From Shigella phage Sf18, in the sequence record MF158044: 64,000 nt of DNA; one strand, written 5' to 3'. Position 1 is the stretch's first letter; each line of letters opens with the position of its first letter. Below are positions 54,036 through 63,922 of the stretch, in pieces. The notes beneath the pieces were generated by a model, which saw only the letters and a list, made by a program, of their open reading frames with translations, ran no database searches and was not told where the DNA came from. The position numbers were made by a program, and so were the translations under genes.

Positions 54036-55581
54036 ACGTCTTCCTAGAATCTTACCATTGATTCGATAGAATCTATCCCATACATTTAGAATAATAACTC
54101 TATAGCTTACTCTATATCCTCTTATCAAATCAACTTAAATATAAGCCCATAACCCGAAAGGGAAGGGCAATCCCTAAAACGCTCTATAACGCTCTATACG
54201 GGCTTATCATCTCATCTTAAGCAATCATATTAACCTGCTCTTAAAAGCCCTTTATAGAGCTTTCTAGAGCCTTAAAAGAATCTTATAAGGGTATAAGCTT
54301 TATTATCTCGTTAGTATCTTGTGAATGGTTAAACAGGGGCTTGATAATAGCTTTAAAGTATGTTATGGAGTCTTCAAAGTAACGTAAAAGAACCTTAAAA
54401 GTAACGTAAAAGTTAGCCCCCTTTACATTCTCTTAACAAAATCTTAACAAATGCTACATAGTTATGCTTGTTAGCCCCTTGTTAAATCCTTGTTAGAGGT
54501 ATGTTAAGAGCTTGTTAGCCTCTTTGAAGTCCCTGTATAAGCCCCTAGAAAGCCCTATAAAGAGCTATACAGGTAGTTGGGGTGTAGTTACTAGGGAGAA
54601 CCTTAGAAGAGGCTATATAGAGCTATACAGAGCTTTTAAGAGGGCTTTATAGAGAATCACTAAGAAGGGAAGGGAACTATAGACCAAGAGATAGTGACCA
54701 TGTTAATAGCTTGTTAAAAAGGTTTAGAACTTGTTAGCACCTTGTTAATTATCTTAACAAAATAACTCTTAAGATTTAACTATTTAGCAACTTATAAGCA
54801 ACTTGTTAGACCCTTGTTAGTAGTGTTACAGACTGGTTAAGCTCTTGTTAGTTCTGTTAAGAGGCTGTTAAGAACTTTGAAGAGATGTTAAGAGCTTGAG
54901 AGAGTTGTTAAGAGATTGTTAATGATATTTTAAGATTTTGCAAAGGGGATGTTACAGGGCTGTTTAGGGCTACCAAGCAGATATACACCCTAAGTAGATA
55001 TTTTTCAGATTCTCCAAAGACCCTAAAAAGTAACCTACCTAGTCTATTTTATAAAAATTTTATAATTCTGAATAACTATCTATACACTATCTTATATAAA
55101 ACAGGAATTAACAGGCTTATAAGATACCTTGTTAGTACCGTGTTAGACCTTGTAGGATAAGCCTAAGAGGTTGATTCTTAAGAACAACCGAATCAACTAG
55201 AAGGGAATACCTGTTTAGTGTTATATAACAGTCTATATAGAGGCTTAGTAATACCTAGTGATTCTGCTATATAGGGTACTATCGTTTACCTAGAGATTAA
55301 GATGGCTATAGGGGCTTCTAAGGGGCTAGGAAGAGGTTAGGAAGGTGATTGTATAGGGTTGATTAATGGTAGGCTTAGAAGGCTTTATAGAGGGCTATAT
55401 AGAGAGCACTATTTAGGGACTAAGAGGTTATATAGATACTATATAATACTATATAGAGATGATGCTTAGAGAGGGTGTTTAGAAGGGTATAGATATTTTA
55501 TCACATATCATGGTGACCCAAGATGAACGGAGTGAATCCCAAATTTTATAAAAATTATAAATTTCGTAAATTTTACTCAAT
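54036..55581. repeat. ORF-free repeat-dense region (candidate origin, packaging or terminus region)
   Basis: No ORF of 60 aa or more on either strand across about 1.6 kb; dense short degenerate repeats (CTTGTTAG, GTTAAGAG, TATAGAGC, TTAGAAGG, AGTAACGTAAAAG x2) and AT-rich palindromes ATTTTATAAAAAT. Confidence 0.6.
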
Positions 55582-55602
55582 AAAAAGCCCCAATTAAGGG
55601 GC
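55582..55602 (-). terminator. intrinsic terminator closing the leftward unit
   Basis: On - strand GCCCC-TTAATT-GGGGC hairpin followed by TTTTT, directly after the stop of the 55612 gene. Confidence 0.5.
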
Positions 55603-55611
55603 TGTATAGTT

Positions 55612-56283
55612 TTACATCACTTCACTAAGCATAGTTTGCAATGAAGTTTTAGAAGTCTGGAAGAAGTGTGTGAACCCATTATGACGTTCTCTTACCTGAA
55701 TCATTATCTGGTCACCCTTAATCGGGTGTGAACTAATATGGTATTCATTCATGTTCAGTACAACACCCAAACCATCTATAATGTGTCTGAGTATGTCATA
55801 TTCAACAAATTCTTCTTTACCTGTGACCTTGATACAAACACCCTTGTTAGTTCTTTTAGGGTTTATATCTTCCATAACCAGCATTTGTTGTCCACCAAGA
55901 GAAATCATAGAGAACTCTTTACGGTTCTGCTGCTTAACATACATCTCGAGTTTCTTCAAAGTATCTTCATAGAACGGGTAAGACTTCTTGACAAAGATAC
56001 CTTCAAGTGGCTCTTTACCTGTTAGATTTCTACGATAATTCATCCGATGAATAAGACGATACAGGTCACTTTTCTCATCTTTGGTAAAGTGTCTGTCTAC
56101 ATCTTTAACACTAAATGTGATATAATTACTCTCAAGTTCAAACTTTTTCATCTCTATCAAATCCTTAAAGCATTTCTTAGTAATCGCTTCCCATTCTTCG
56201 GAGTTCTTTCTCTTCCTCTTCAGATGGGGAACCATATCTGCTAAGTTCTTCCAACTCTTCTTCAGTAGGTGTCCCATAATCAC
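55612..56283 (-). CDS. hypothetical protein
   Basis: 223-aa ORF, last gene of the leftward unit. Confidence 0.4.
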   Translation of the reverse strand: MIMGHLLKKSWKNLADMVPHLKRKRKNSEEWEAITKKCFKDLIEMKKFELESNYITFSVKDVDRHFTKDEKSDLYRLIHRMNYRRNLTGKEPLEGIFVKKSYPFYEDTLKKLEMYVKQQNRKEFSMISLGGQQMLVMEDINPKRTNKGVCIKVTGKEEFVEYDILRHIIDGLGVVLNMNEYHISSHPIKGDQIMIQVRERHNGFTHFFQTSKTSLQTMLSEVM

Positions 56284-56714
56284 ATCTTAAGTTTGAAAGT
56301 GTTTTTACCATTGACCTGAATATACCCATCATTTTCAACTATCCAGTGTGCGGTTGAGAATGCACTATATGCGTTTGCTTCACCATAACCAAGGAACTTA
56401 CCATCACACATACTTTCAATATGTATTGTGCCTACTGGTTCACCTGTATCAACGGTTTCTACAATATAGAGTGTGTTTAGCTTTATGGAACTAGCCTTAG
56501 TCTCTTCTTTGAAGCGTTCAGGTAGAGACATATCAAGCCCTTCAGTTATTACAGATTGCATGTAAGCTTCTGAACACTCCCAGATAAAGCTATGAAGAAG
56601 AACCTTTGCAGCATGTCTTGAACAACCAAGGTCTTCGACGATATCTTTATACATATCATCTTTAGTACCGTTGTTAAGCAAAGCTTTACGCACTACCTCT
56701 TTAACATTCTTCAT
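56280..56714 (-). CDS. hypothetical protein
   Basis: Start moved to internal Met (MKNVKEVV) with GAGGA SD; the longer track ORF overlaps the upstream gene by 65 nt. Confidence 0.35.
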   Translation of the reverse strand: MKNVKEVVRKALLNNGTKDDMYKDIVEDLGCSRHAAKVLLHSFIWECSEAYMQSVITEGLDMSLPERFKEETKASSIKLNTLYIVETVDTGEPVGTIHIESMCDGKFLGYGEANAYSAFSTAHWIVENDGYIQVNGKNTFKLKM

Positions 56715-57003
56715 CTTTCCAATCCTCATCTCTCTCAATTTGAAACTCATCAGGTAACTCTGCAATAGCTTTCAAGTAATAAGCTTCTTGAATACTGCAA
56801 AGTTCTTCATAACCACCATTCATAAGCCAGTTGTAACCAGCAGGTACACCATTATCATCGCAGAACCCTGTGTAGAACATTGCTTTATGAATCATGTTAA
56901 GTGGCTTGTAAGCAACTTCAACGATGTAGAAAGTGTTATCTTTCCAACCACCCTTTGGAGGATGGATACCTTTAACACCTCTGGATTGTGGAGTCATAGT
57001 CAA
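56701..57003 (-). CDS. hypothetical protein
   Basis: 100-aa ORF. Confidence 0.4.
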   Translation of the reverse strand: MTMTPQSRGVKGIHPPKGGWKDNTFYIVEVAYKPLNMIHKAMFYTGFCDDNGVPAGYNWLMNGGYEELCSIQEAYYLKAIAELPDEFQIERDEDWKDEEC

Positions 57004-57443
57004 CCTTTAGAAATTTTTATATCAATGATATTCAAAAGTGCTTGTCTAGATAACTTACCAGATTTTAAGTATGGAAGCAATGGTTCTAGTGCATTATCAA
57101 TCTTAACAGACATTTCTAAGATTTCTTTTGCAATATCTTCTTGAAGGATACTGTATGTGCAAACCCCACTTACATCTTTCTCATCAAACATTGCAATCTG
57201 GATATCAAAAACTTTGTGGTCAGCATGTGCTATGCCTCTGTACAAGAAGTTTTTATCAAACGTGATAATCTCCCCGCACTTAAATGTCATTCCTTTATCA
57301 CCTTCACCAATGATGAAATCATTAGTGAGTTCTACTGAGAATGGATAACGGCCTTGTTCAATGTTTCTGACTGTACCAAATGCTACACGCTCTCTCGTTG
57401 CATAGTTTACAAGCTCTACTACTTCATACTTCTTAAGTTCCAT
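57000..57443 (-). CDS. hypothetical protein
   Basis: 147-aa ORF. Confidence 0.4.
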   Translation of the reverse strand: MELKKYEVVELVNYATRERVAFGTVRNIEQGRYPFSVELTNDFIIGEGDKGMTFKCGEIITFDKNFLYRGIAHADHKVFDIQIAMFDEKDVSGVCTYSILQEDIAKEILEMSVKIDNALEPLLPYLKSGKLSRQALLNIIDIKISKG

Positions 57444-57485
57444 TTTCGCTACCTCTAAACAGGGGCTTTTACACCCCTTGACAGA

Positions 57486-57695
57486 TTACTCTTCAGCAGA
57501 TTCTTTATCTTTCTTTGAAGAAGTCTTTTTATCTTTCTTCTTAGTCTCAGTTGCTGCAATAGCAATGTCAACAAGCTGTGCTAAGTCAGATTTAATCACT
57601 GTTACTGGTTGTTCGTTGTAGAAACCTTTCTCAAGGTACTCTTTGAACTCTTCCAGAGTGTTAAAGCCAAAAGGCTTGACAGGTGTTCTAATCAT
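57486..57695 (-). CDS. small hypothetical protein
   Basis: 69 aa; Lys-rich C-terminus (KKDKKTSSKKDK). Confidence 0.35.
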   Translation of the reverse strand: MIRTPVKPFGFNTLEEFKEYLEKGFYNEQPVTVIKSDLAQLVDIAIAATETKKKDKKTSSKKDKESAEE

Positions 57696-57765
57696 TTACC
57701 CTCCGAGATATCTTTTAAGATTTTCTGGTTAATCATTTCCGCAATAGCATAGCGGATACAAATTA

Positions 57766-58272
57766 CTAAAATTTTAGGTTGCATTCTTTACTTACCTCTT
57801 CAAACTTACTCTCAAACTCTACAATCTTCTTCTTGTAAGTCGTCATTCTCCAATATGAAAGTATGATACCAACTATTGGCAGTACAAACAAGTACCAAAT
57901 CTCAGAAATCTTCTTCTCAGCTTGGTTAAAGGTTAAATCTTGCATGTACACACTTCCAAAAGAGATGATACAAATCATAGCAAGAACTACAGAGACCATA
58001 ATTGCTAGACCTGCCCATCCTCTGGTGTTATACTCAGCATTTCTACGCTTATTTTCAAGATTGATAAGTTCATTGTAGTCTGCTGAGAAGTCTCTGTAGA
58101 AAGCTTTCAAGTACTCTCTGCTGTAACCTTCAAAGCATCCTGTGCCAAACCAATTTTCACCTCCGAAGTGTGAAATAGTTCCTGCGTCACCGTTTGCTTT
58201 CACAATCTTGAAAGATACATGGTGCTTAGATTGCTCATAAGAAATCTGGTCTCTTGAATCTTCATAAATCAT
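57766..58272 (-). CDS. membrane protein
   Basis: 168 aa; two predicted TM helices (LAIMVSVVLAMICIISFGSVY; LFVLPIVGIILSYW). Confidence 0.4.
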   Translation of the reverse strand: MIYEDSRDQISYEQSKHHVSFKIVKANGDAGTISHFGGENWFGTGCFEGYSREYLKAFYRDFSADYNELINLENKRRNAEYNTRGWAGLAIMVSVVLAMICIISFGSVYMQDLTFNQAEKKISEIWYLFVLPIVGIILSYWRMTTYKKKIVEFESKFEEVSKECNLKF

Positions 58273-58487
58273 TGTTCAATCCTCTTTAATCGTGCATTCC
58301 ACTCTCTATCAATCATTCTCTGGAATGTCTTACCTCTGGGAGTAACGTTCTTAAGTGATTCTTCAGTACATACTAAGATATCACCTCTGGCAAACTTGCC
58401 ATAACACTGTTTAGTCTTCTTAGCTCGTCTGTACTGCTCAGAAACAGAGAGCTTCCAGTATTCACCTAAAGTTGTAAACTTTTTCAT
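58269..58487 (-). CDS. small hypothetical protein
   Basis: 72-aa ORF, ATGA-coupled. Confidence 0.35.
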   Translation of the reverse strand: MKKFTTLGEYWKLSVSEQYRRAKKTKQCYGKFARGDILVCTEESLKNVTPRGKTFQRMIDREWNARLKRIEQ

Positions 58488-59299
58488 TCTTTCACCATTG
58501 CGTTGTAGAATTGCCTTTGAATCTCTTCAGCAATCTGATAAGGTGTGAAACCAGCTTTTAACATCATTCTTACTGTGTACTCAATGTCATTCTTATTAAC
58601 CACATGGTCTGTGACACTGATTGCTTCTTTTAACTCTTCCACATTCTTTTTAGCATCTTCACAAGCGCTGGTCAACATGGAGTTAAATTTCTTTTGTGGT
58701 GTAGTCCAAGCATGACTATGTGGATTTGCATCACAGAAATACTTGAAGTAATCTCTGACGTTATCTACAACCAGAGTTTGATGACCGTCCTCTTTAGTTG
58801 TGTATCGAGACTCTTGCTCAGGTAAGTCTGCAAGTCTGTGTGTAGGAGCCTCAATAGTAACATCAATCGTTCTAACCTTTGGAGTTACCTCTTTCTTCAG
58901 AGTCGGAGTTGCCTCAAAAGTTGCCTTTTCAGTTTCTTCTTCATCCCCTACCACAGTATCTTGTAAAGAAATACCCAGAAGCTTTCTGAAGCTTCCTGTG
59001 AAGGTTAAGTTTTCAATATCAGTGGTCGAATAGACTTTACCAGCCCATAAGTGTGCTTCTGGACCAAGTGATGTTGCTGGATAAATCTTGAAATGTAATG
59101 TCTTCATAGGTCGGAAGTACACAACCCCGCTATCAGACACATACGTAACAAATGCCTTAGTTCTTTGGGCTGGTGAAGCCTTTACATAAATGTAAATTGT
59201 GTCTGTCTCTTTAACTTTAACCATTTTATCTCTCCAATAAAAAAAGGGAACCACCTTTCGATAGCTCCCATCATACAAAATTCTAGATATTACTGTCAA
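58484..59299 (-). CDS. hypothetical protein
   Basis: 271-aa ORF. Confidence 0.4.
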   Translation of the reverse strand: MTVISRILYDGSYRKVVPFFYWRDKMVKVKETDTIYIYVKASPAQRTKAFVTYVSDSGVVYFRPMKTLHFKIYPATSLGPEAHLWAGKVYSTTDIENLTFTGSFRKLLGISLQDTVVGDEEETEKATFEATPTLKKEVTPKVRTIDVTIEAPTHRLADLPEQESRYTTKEDGHQTLVVDNVRDYFKYFCDANPHSHAWTTPQKKFNSMLTSACEDAKKNVEELKEAISVTDHVVNKNDIEYTVRMMLKAGFTPYQIAEEIQRQFYNAMVKE

Positions 59300-59889
59300 G
59301 TATATTTTCTAGGCAGTAATTTACTTTTTCTGCTTCGAACATCTTCAAGGATAGCTATGAAGTCATCAGAAGCACCCTTCCAAGGGCTGAAGTTTGGGAT
59401 ATGCTGACGAATAGCTTCAATAATCGTCTTCATTCCTGTGTTCTTCATCCACCAATCTGAGCTTGAAGCAGTCATAACAAAGAACTGCTCATCATCGGTT
59501 AAGATGACCTCTTTAGTGAATGGGGAAGTGTACGTAGTGATAACTGAACCACCATTCATGTAATATGTACGCTTGTGGACTTTATCAAGCATATCATGTA
59601 GGTCACCAAACAGTTTCACAACCTCTTGGTGGTTAATGTCTTTCTCAAGGTCTAAACGATACTTCAGAAGTGCTTCATCAACTTCTTTAGATGAGAACTT
59701 AAAGTACTGTACATCTTCAATGATACATGCAGAGATGTTGTTCACATCCATAGTCAATTTGACAACTTTTGCTGGTGAGTTAATGTTTGGCTGGAACGCA
59801 GCAAGCACACCCTGAACATTACCGTAGTGTTGGACTAATGCAACTTGTGGAGAATCAACTCCACCCTTTTCTTTAATGTGTACACTCAT
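59296..59889 (-). CDS. hypothetical protein
   Basis: 197-aa ORF. Confidence 0.4.
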   Translation of the reverse strand: MSVHIKEKGGVDSPQVALVQHYGNVQGVLAAFQPNINSPAKVVKLTMDVNNISACIIEDVQYFKFSSKEVDEALLKYRLDLEKDINHQEVVKLFGDLHDMLDKVHKRTYYMNGGSVITTYTSPFTKEVILTDDEQFFVMTASSSDWWMKNTGMKTIIEAIRQHIPNFSPWKGASDDFIAILEDVRSRKSKLLPRKYT

Positions 59890-59890
59890 A

Positions 59891-60241
59891 CTATAACTTC
59901 CTCACTAAATACTTTTTAAGTGGTGTCTTTGGTTTTTCAAAGACCTCAATAGAATCTATTTTGATGCCCTCACCACGCATACCTGTGGATTGGTAGATGT
60001 AGAACTCAAGCATCCCTATATTTTTAGCTGGCATATCATGCTTAACAAAGATGGTCACTGACTCTTCACTTTTAAAGATTACTGTACCATCTTTATACAC
60101 AAGCTTATCAGGTTGTTTATAGTCAAGCATATCAAACATCAGAAATAGTCTTTGCTGACATTTGTCCAGCCTTGTTGACAGGGCTTCTTGTATATCTGCA
60201 AAATTCTTATAAACAACGATGTGGAGCTTAAGCATCTGCAT
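59891..60241 (-). CDS. hypothetical protein
   Basis: Start moved to internal Met (MQMLKLH) to limit overlap with upstream ORF. Confidence 0.3.
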   Translation of the reverse strand: MQMLKLHIVVYKNFADIQEALSTRLDKCQQRLFLMFDMLDYKQPDKLVYKDGTVIFKSEESVTIFVKHDMPAKNIGMLEFYIYQSTGMRGEGIKIDSIEVFEKPKTPLKKYLVRKL

Positions 60242-60521
60242 ATTCTCTGACGAAGAAGTAGTTGATTTTGTTATCAGATACCAGAAGGTCATAGCAAGTA
60301 ATTTCGAACTTACTCTTTTCAGCATCATAGCTTGTGTATGGCTCGGAAACTTGCTTTGTTGACACTTTTGGGTTATTAGGGTTTAAAAGGCCACCATAAA
60401 GTTTCTTAATGGCCTTTGTCACCACACTCCAGATAACATCATCAGTGAGTTCTTCGTACAGGTCAAACTCAGCTTCATAGCTGAAGTCATTAATTGGAAA
60501 GATAACCTGTACTTTACTCAT
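60228..60521 (-). CDS. hypothetical protein
   Basis: 97-aa ORF. Confidence 0.35.
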   Translation of the reverse strand: MSKVQVIFPINDFSYEAEFDLYEELTDDVIWSVVTKAIKKLYGGLLNPNNPKVSTKQVSEPYTSYDAEKSKFEITCYDLLVSDNKINYFFVREYADA

Positions 60522-60522
60522 A

Positions 60523-60903
60523 TCAAACTACCTGTGTAACTTGCAACGCTTCTGTTACGGAGATATCACCGACTTTTTCTTCTTTGATGAAGGTGAAAGT
60601 TAGAAGGGTTGGTTCTGAAACCTCATCTTCCAAAGGTACACCATTCAGTTCATCAAAGATAGCCTGTGTAGTCCAATCTTCCTGACCGTCTGGGTAGTGG
60701 TAAGCATATTTGTGAAAATTCAGGTCAAACCATCCAAAAATTGGACAACCATCTGCATCATCACCACGGTATGATAGTATGCTACCTGACTCAAACTGCA
60801 ATTTCAGTCTTCCATTGTCTTGGAAAATAATTGCTTTTGCAAAATCACCAGACTCATCTAAATCGTGACCGGATGTGTCAACCAATACATCAATCTTATT
60901 CAT
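60523..60903 (-). CDS. hypothetical protein
   Basis: Start moved to internal Met (MNKIDVLV) with GAGAGAGG SD. Confidence 0.35.
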   Translation of the reverse strand: MNKIDVLVDTSGHDLDESGDFAKAIIFQDNGRLKLQFESGSILSYRGDDADGCPIFGWFDLNFHKYAYHYPDGQEDWTTQAIFDELNGVPLEDEVSEPTLLTFTFIKEEKVGDISVTEALQVTQVV

Positions 60904-61306
60904 AATAACCTCTCTCAGCTTTCTCAATTTTATCCAGAAGTTTGATACACTCATTGTTATGGTATGTAGCCTCACTCTGGTGTAACTTCTTCTTCTGCTC
61001 AAGTAGAAATTTATAGTAACCTGATAACTGCTCTCTTGTCAAGGGGTGTTCTGAAATAATATCAAGAGAACTTTCACCTAAAGGTGAGAACATACCATTG
61101 TCATCCACGTTGTACAGTTCACCAGCAAAGAAGCCTTTGTTAGCCATTGTGATAGGTGAGCGTTCAATGACCTCAACAACAAACTTTGTGAGCACCTTGT
61201 CACCCATAGTAATCAACTTGGTTCCTGCAATACGAACCTTCATACCACTTCTTGTGTACTTGAAAGTACCATTATCATTCGCCCAAAGCTTCATAGTTTT
61301 CTCCAT
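60896..61306 (-). CDS. hypothetical protein
   Basis: 136-aa ORF immediately downstream of the terminator after the endolysin. Confidence 0.4.
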   Translation of the reverse strand: MEKTMKLWANDNGTFKYTRSGMKVRIAGTKLITMGDKVLTKFVVEVIERSPITMANKGFFAGELYNVDDNGMFSPLGESSLDIISEHPLTREQLSGYYKFLLEQKKKLHQSEATYHNNECIKLLDKIEKAERGYYE

Positions 61307-61312
61307 AGAAAT

Positions 61313-61335
61313 AAAAAAGGCTCCCGAAGGAGCCT
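61313..61335 (-). terminator. intrinsic terminator after endolysin gene
   Basis: On - strand AGGCTCC-TTCG-GGAGCCT hairpin followed by TTTTTT. Confidence 0.5.
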
Positions 61336-61344
61336 CTTAATCTA

Positions 61345-61815
61345 CTATTTTGGATAAACAGCGTCAAGGTAAATCTTGGCTTCCAAACTACGTCTATTTT
61401 GTAGACCCTTGGAAGTTACTTTTTGACCATTCACTGTAATCTTGTTCCACCACTGCATAGCTTCTGCACAACCAGCTTTGTTACCAGCATTGTGACGCTT
61501 GATAAAAGTTGAATCCTGCATAGCACCGATGCCAATGTTGTAAGTCTCTACAACAAGTGCGTCAAATTCGTTCTGCGTAGTTGGAACCTTAATTGCTCTG
61601 TTTACTGCACCTACATAGTTCTCAACATCTGCAAGGAGATATTGTTCAGCTTGCTCGGCAGTAATCTTCATCCCCATCGTAACAGGTCTTCCGTTGATAC
61701 GAATTGTACCATAACCAATTGTAGGGATTCCAGCAGAGTCTTTATAGGCTTCTAAACGAAGCCCTTCAAAGAACTTAATGGCTTCTAAGCCTTTACTTGA
61801 GAGTTGCATTATCAA
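61345..61815 (-). CDS. endolysin, T4 e-type lysozyme (GH24)
   Basis: 156 aa; catalytic-region signature FEGLRLEAYKDSAGIPTIGYG and downstream blocks typical of phage lysozymes. Confidence 0.7.
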   Translation of the reverse strand: MIMQLSSKGLEAIKFFEGLRLEAYKDSAGIPTIGYGTIRINGRPVTMGMKITAEQAEQYLLADVENYVGAVNRAIKVPTTQNEFDALVVETYNIGIGAMQDSTFIKRHNAGNKAGCAEAMQWWNKITVNGQKVTSKGLQNRRSLEAKIYLDAVYPK

Positions 61816-62696
61816 CCTCCTACTGCGTTAATAACCACCTTGGCAGATTGGGATGTGATTGAGCCACCTACACCAGTTACAACACAAGAGTAAGTACCTT
61901 CATCATCAGCTTTAGAAGTCGGTGTCTTTTCATATGTTGCAGATGTTGCTGAAGGGATATCTACATCATCTTTCTTCCACTGATAACCAGTTGCACCAGT
62001 GGCTACGATGCTAAGGGTGAGTGTATCTCCCTCTGTAATCTCTTGGTTAGTAGGTTGCTGTGTAATCACAGGCAGTGCATTCACAGTTACTGTGGCAGCG
62101 TTGGAATTAACACTTGAGCCACCTTCACCAGAAACTACACAGGTGTATGCGCCAGCATCAGTAGGGACTACGCCATTCTTAGTATATGTTGCAGAGGTTG
62201 CTCCAGAGATGTTTGATGCACCTTTCTTCCACTGATAACCAGTTGCACCAGTAGCAACAACTGAAAGTGTAAGTGTTCCACCCTCGTTAACAGTTTGGTC
62301 AGTTGGCTGCTGTGTAATAACTGGAGGTGTGATTGCATCCTTCAACTTTGCATTAAGCATGGAGAAAGGTTTAACCCTTGCCAACCATTCACAATAAACT
62401 GTGTCAACATCCTTCCCATTGATGATTGCATACTGCAAGTCCATGAAGAAGTCAGCAGTCCTCATCTGAGCACCAACTGAATATAAAAGTTCTTCACTAA
62501 ATGGAACTGTGTAGTCTGGTGTGTAATTGAAGTCAGTAACTTCTGGAATATCAGACTCAGGCCACGGTGAGCTATATGTCAGAGGCAGAACGGCCTCTTG
62601 ATACTTTCTGAAGTCGTATCTTTTGCCAGCTTTAACATTCGCTACAAAGTCTTTAACGAACTCTTTAAAATCTGGATATGTCTTTGCTTTAATCAT
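61812..62696 (-). CDS. Ig-like domain protein (possible virion decoration protein)
   Basis: 294 aa; N-terminal domain paralogous to the upstream ORF; two C-terminal Ig-like repeats (PVITQQPT...YQWKK...G.Y.C.V). Confidence 0.45.
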   Translation of the reverse strand: MIKAKTYPDFKEFVKDFVANVKAGKRYDFRKYQEAVLPLTYSSPWPESDIPEVTDFNYTPDYTVPFSEELLYSVGAQMRTADFFMDLQYAIINGKDVDTVYCEWLARVKPFSMLNAKLKDAITPPVITQQPTDQTVNEGGTLTLSVVATGATGYQWKKGASNISGATSATYTKNGVVPTDAGAYTCVVSGEGGSSVNSNAATVTVNALPVITQQPTNQEITEGDTLTLSIVATGATGYQWKKDDVDIPSATSATYEKTPTSKADDEGTYSCVVTGVGGSITSQSAKVVINAVGG

Positions 62697-63061
62697 TTCT
62701 TAGCCTCTAATCTTGCATTTAGTCTAAAATAACCTTTGTGCTGCGGTGAAACATCACCTACAACAACTCCGTCAATCTTATAGCCTTTACCCATCACATA
62801 TTGAATATCCATCAAAAATGTACCAAGACCAACGATATGAAACATTGGGTAAAGAAGTTCTTCAGTATCTGGTAGAGGAATTTTAGGTGTGTATTCGGAA
62901 TATGTTTCGGTAGGGTTGATATCCTTCTCAGGCCATTTGCTATCACGCCATGTTAAGGGTGTCGGAAGTACATCATCAAGATTATACCTGTCACCTTCTT
63001 GAACACTTTGGACATAAGATTGTAGGAAGCAATAAAAGTCTTTTCCACTCTTTGCCTTCAT
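62693..63061 (-). CDS. hypothetical protein, paralogue of N-terminal domain of 61812-62696
   Basis: 122 aa; aligns by eye with the neighbour's N-terminus (KAK..DF...VQ.V..G.RY...LP..L...WPE.DI...YTP...P..EELLY...F.MD.QY). Confidence 0.4.
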   Translation of the reverse strand: MKAKSGKDFYCFLQSYVQSVQEGDRYNLDDVLPTPLTWRDSKWPEKDINPTETYSEYTPKIPLPDTEELLYPMFHIVGLGTFLMDIQYVMGKGYKIDGVVVGDVSPQHKGYFRLNARLEAKK

Positions 63062-63075
63062 TATCTATCCTTAAC

Positions 63076-63097
63076 AAATAAAAGGGGCTTTCGCCCC
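63076..63097 (-). terminator. intrinsic terminator
   Basis: On - strand GGGGC-GAAA-GCCCC hairpin followed by T-run, between 63105 gene end and 63061 gene start. Confidence 0.45.
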
Positions 63098-63104
63098 ATA
63101 AAAC

Positions 63105-63695
63105 TTAAGCCATAGTCTTAAGCATGTTTTTAAGTTTTTTGAGATTCATTGTCTCATCCAACTTAAATCCAAATCCATTGACGTACTCAATGAAATCAGA
63201 TTTCTTACTCAGAGATAACGCATAGTTCATGTCGAAGTCATTACTTGGAGTGGACTCTGGAGAGGTGTTCACATCGAAAGAAATCTCTGTGGAAGTATCT
63301 TCAGACTCTCTGAGGTTATCAATCACAACACATGTGTAGTTTGCTGGAGAGAATGATGTTGAACCAGCTACATAACTGTATTTAGCATTGTGGATAAGAT
63401 TTGAGAATACTTTGAAGAATGTTTCTGAATCATGACACACCAGTTTAAATTCACTATTAGCACCTAAAGACATAAGTGAATATGGGCTTTCACCATCAAT
63501 GTTATAATCTGGGTTCATTGACTGAACAGTAACACGCATCAAGTTATTTGCAATTGTTTTCTGTTTAAATGAATTAGGTACGTAGTGCATACCTCTTTCA
63601 CATTGATTGACCAACTCTTTAAGAAGGTCATCAGAATATGGTGAAGTGATTGATACAGACCCATCACCATTATAATTAAAACTCACGTTTAACAT
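63105..63695 (-). CDS. hypothetical protein
   Basis: 196-aa ORF. Confidence 0.4.
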   Translation of the reverse strand: MLNVSFNYNGDGSVSITSPYSDDLLKELVNQCERGMHYVPNSFKQKTIANNLMRVTVQSMNPDYNIDGESPYSLMSLGANSEFKLVCHDSETFFKVFSNLIHNAKYSYVAGSTSFSPANYTCVVIDNLRESEDTSTEISFDVNTSPESTPSNDFDMNYALSLSKKSDFIEYVNGFGFKLDETMNLKKLKNMLKTMA

Positions 63696-63922
63696 TTATC
63701 AGTTCTCCTACGATTGATAATCTTGCTGCAATAGAGAAATGAAGCAAATTCACTGGAAGAAACCATTAGAACCTGTTCACTAGATTGAGCTATTGCTCTG
63801 AAATACATACCAGTTAGTGCATCATAGTGCTTATTCTTTCCAATTGAAGTGATATACCCATGACTCTTTGCAGTTTGGTATAAATCAATAATATCTGTGA
63901 TTTCTAGTTGGGAGCTACACAT
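63689..63922 (-). CDS. hypothetical protein
   Basis: 77-aa ORF. Confidence 0.35.
   Translation of the reverse strand: MCSSQLEITDIIDLYQTAKSHGYITSIGKNKHYDALTGMYFRAIAQSSEQVLMVSSSEFASFLYCSKIINRRRTDKC

Noticed and set aside
53972-55611. tRNA gene cluster in the large ORF-free region (and other gaps at 9410-9766, 10813-11377, 46324-46827)
   Set aside because: Scanned by eye for T-loop (GGTTCGA/GTTCAAATC) and D-loop signatures and for cloverleaf-sized GC-balanced blocks; none found. Without running a tRNA predictor this stays an unconfirmed negative.
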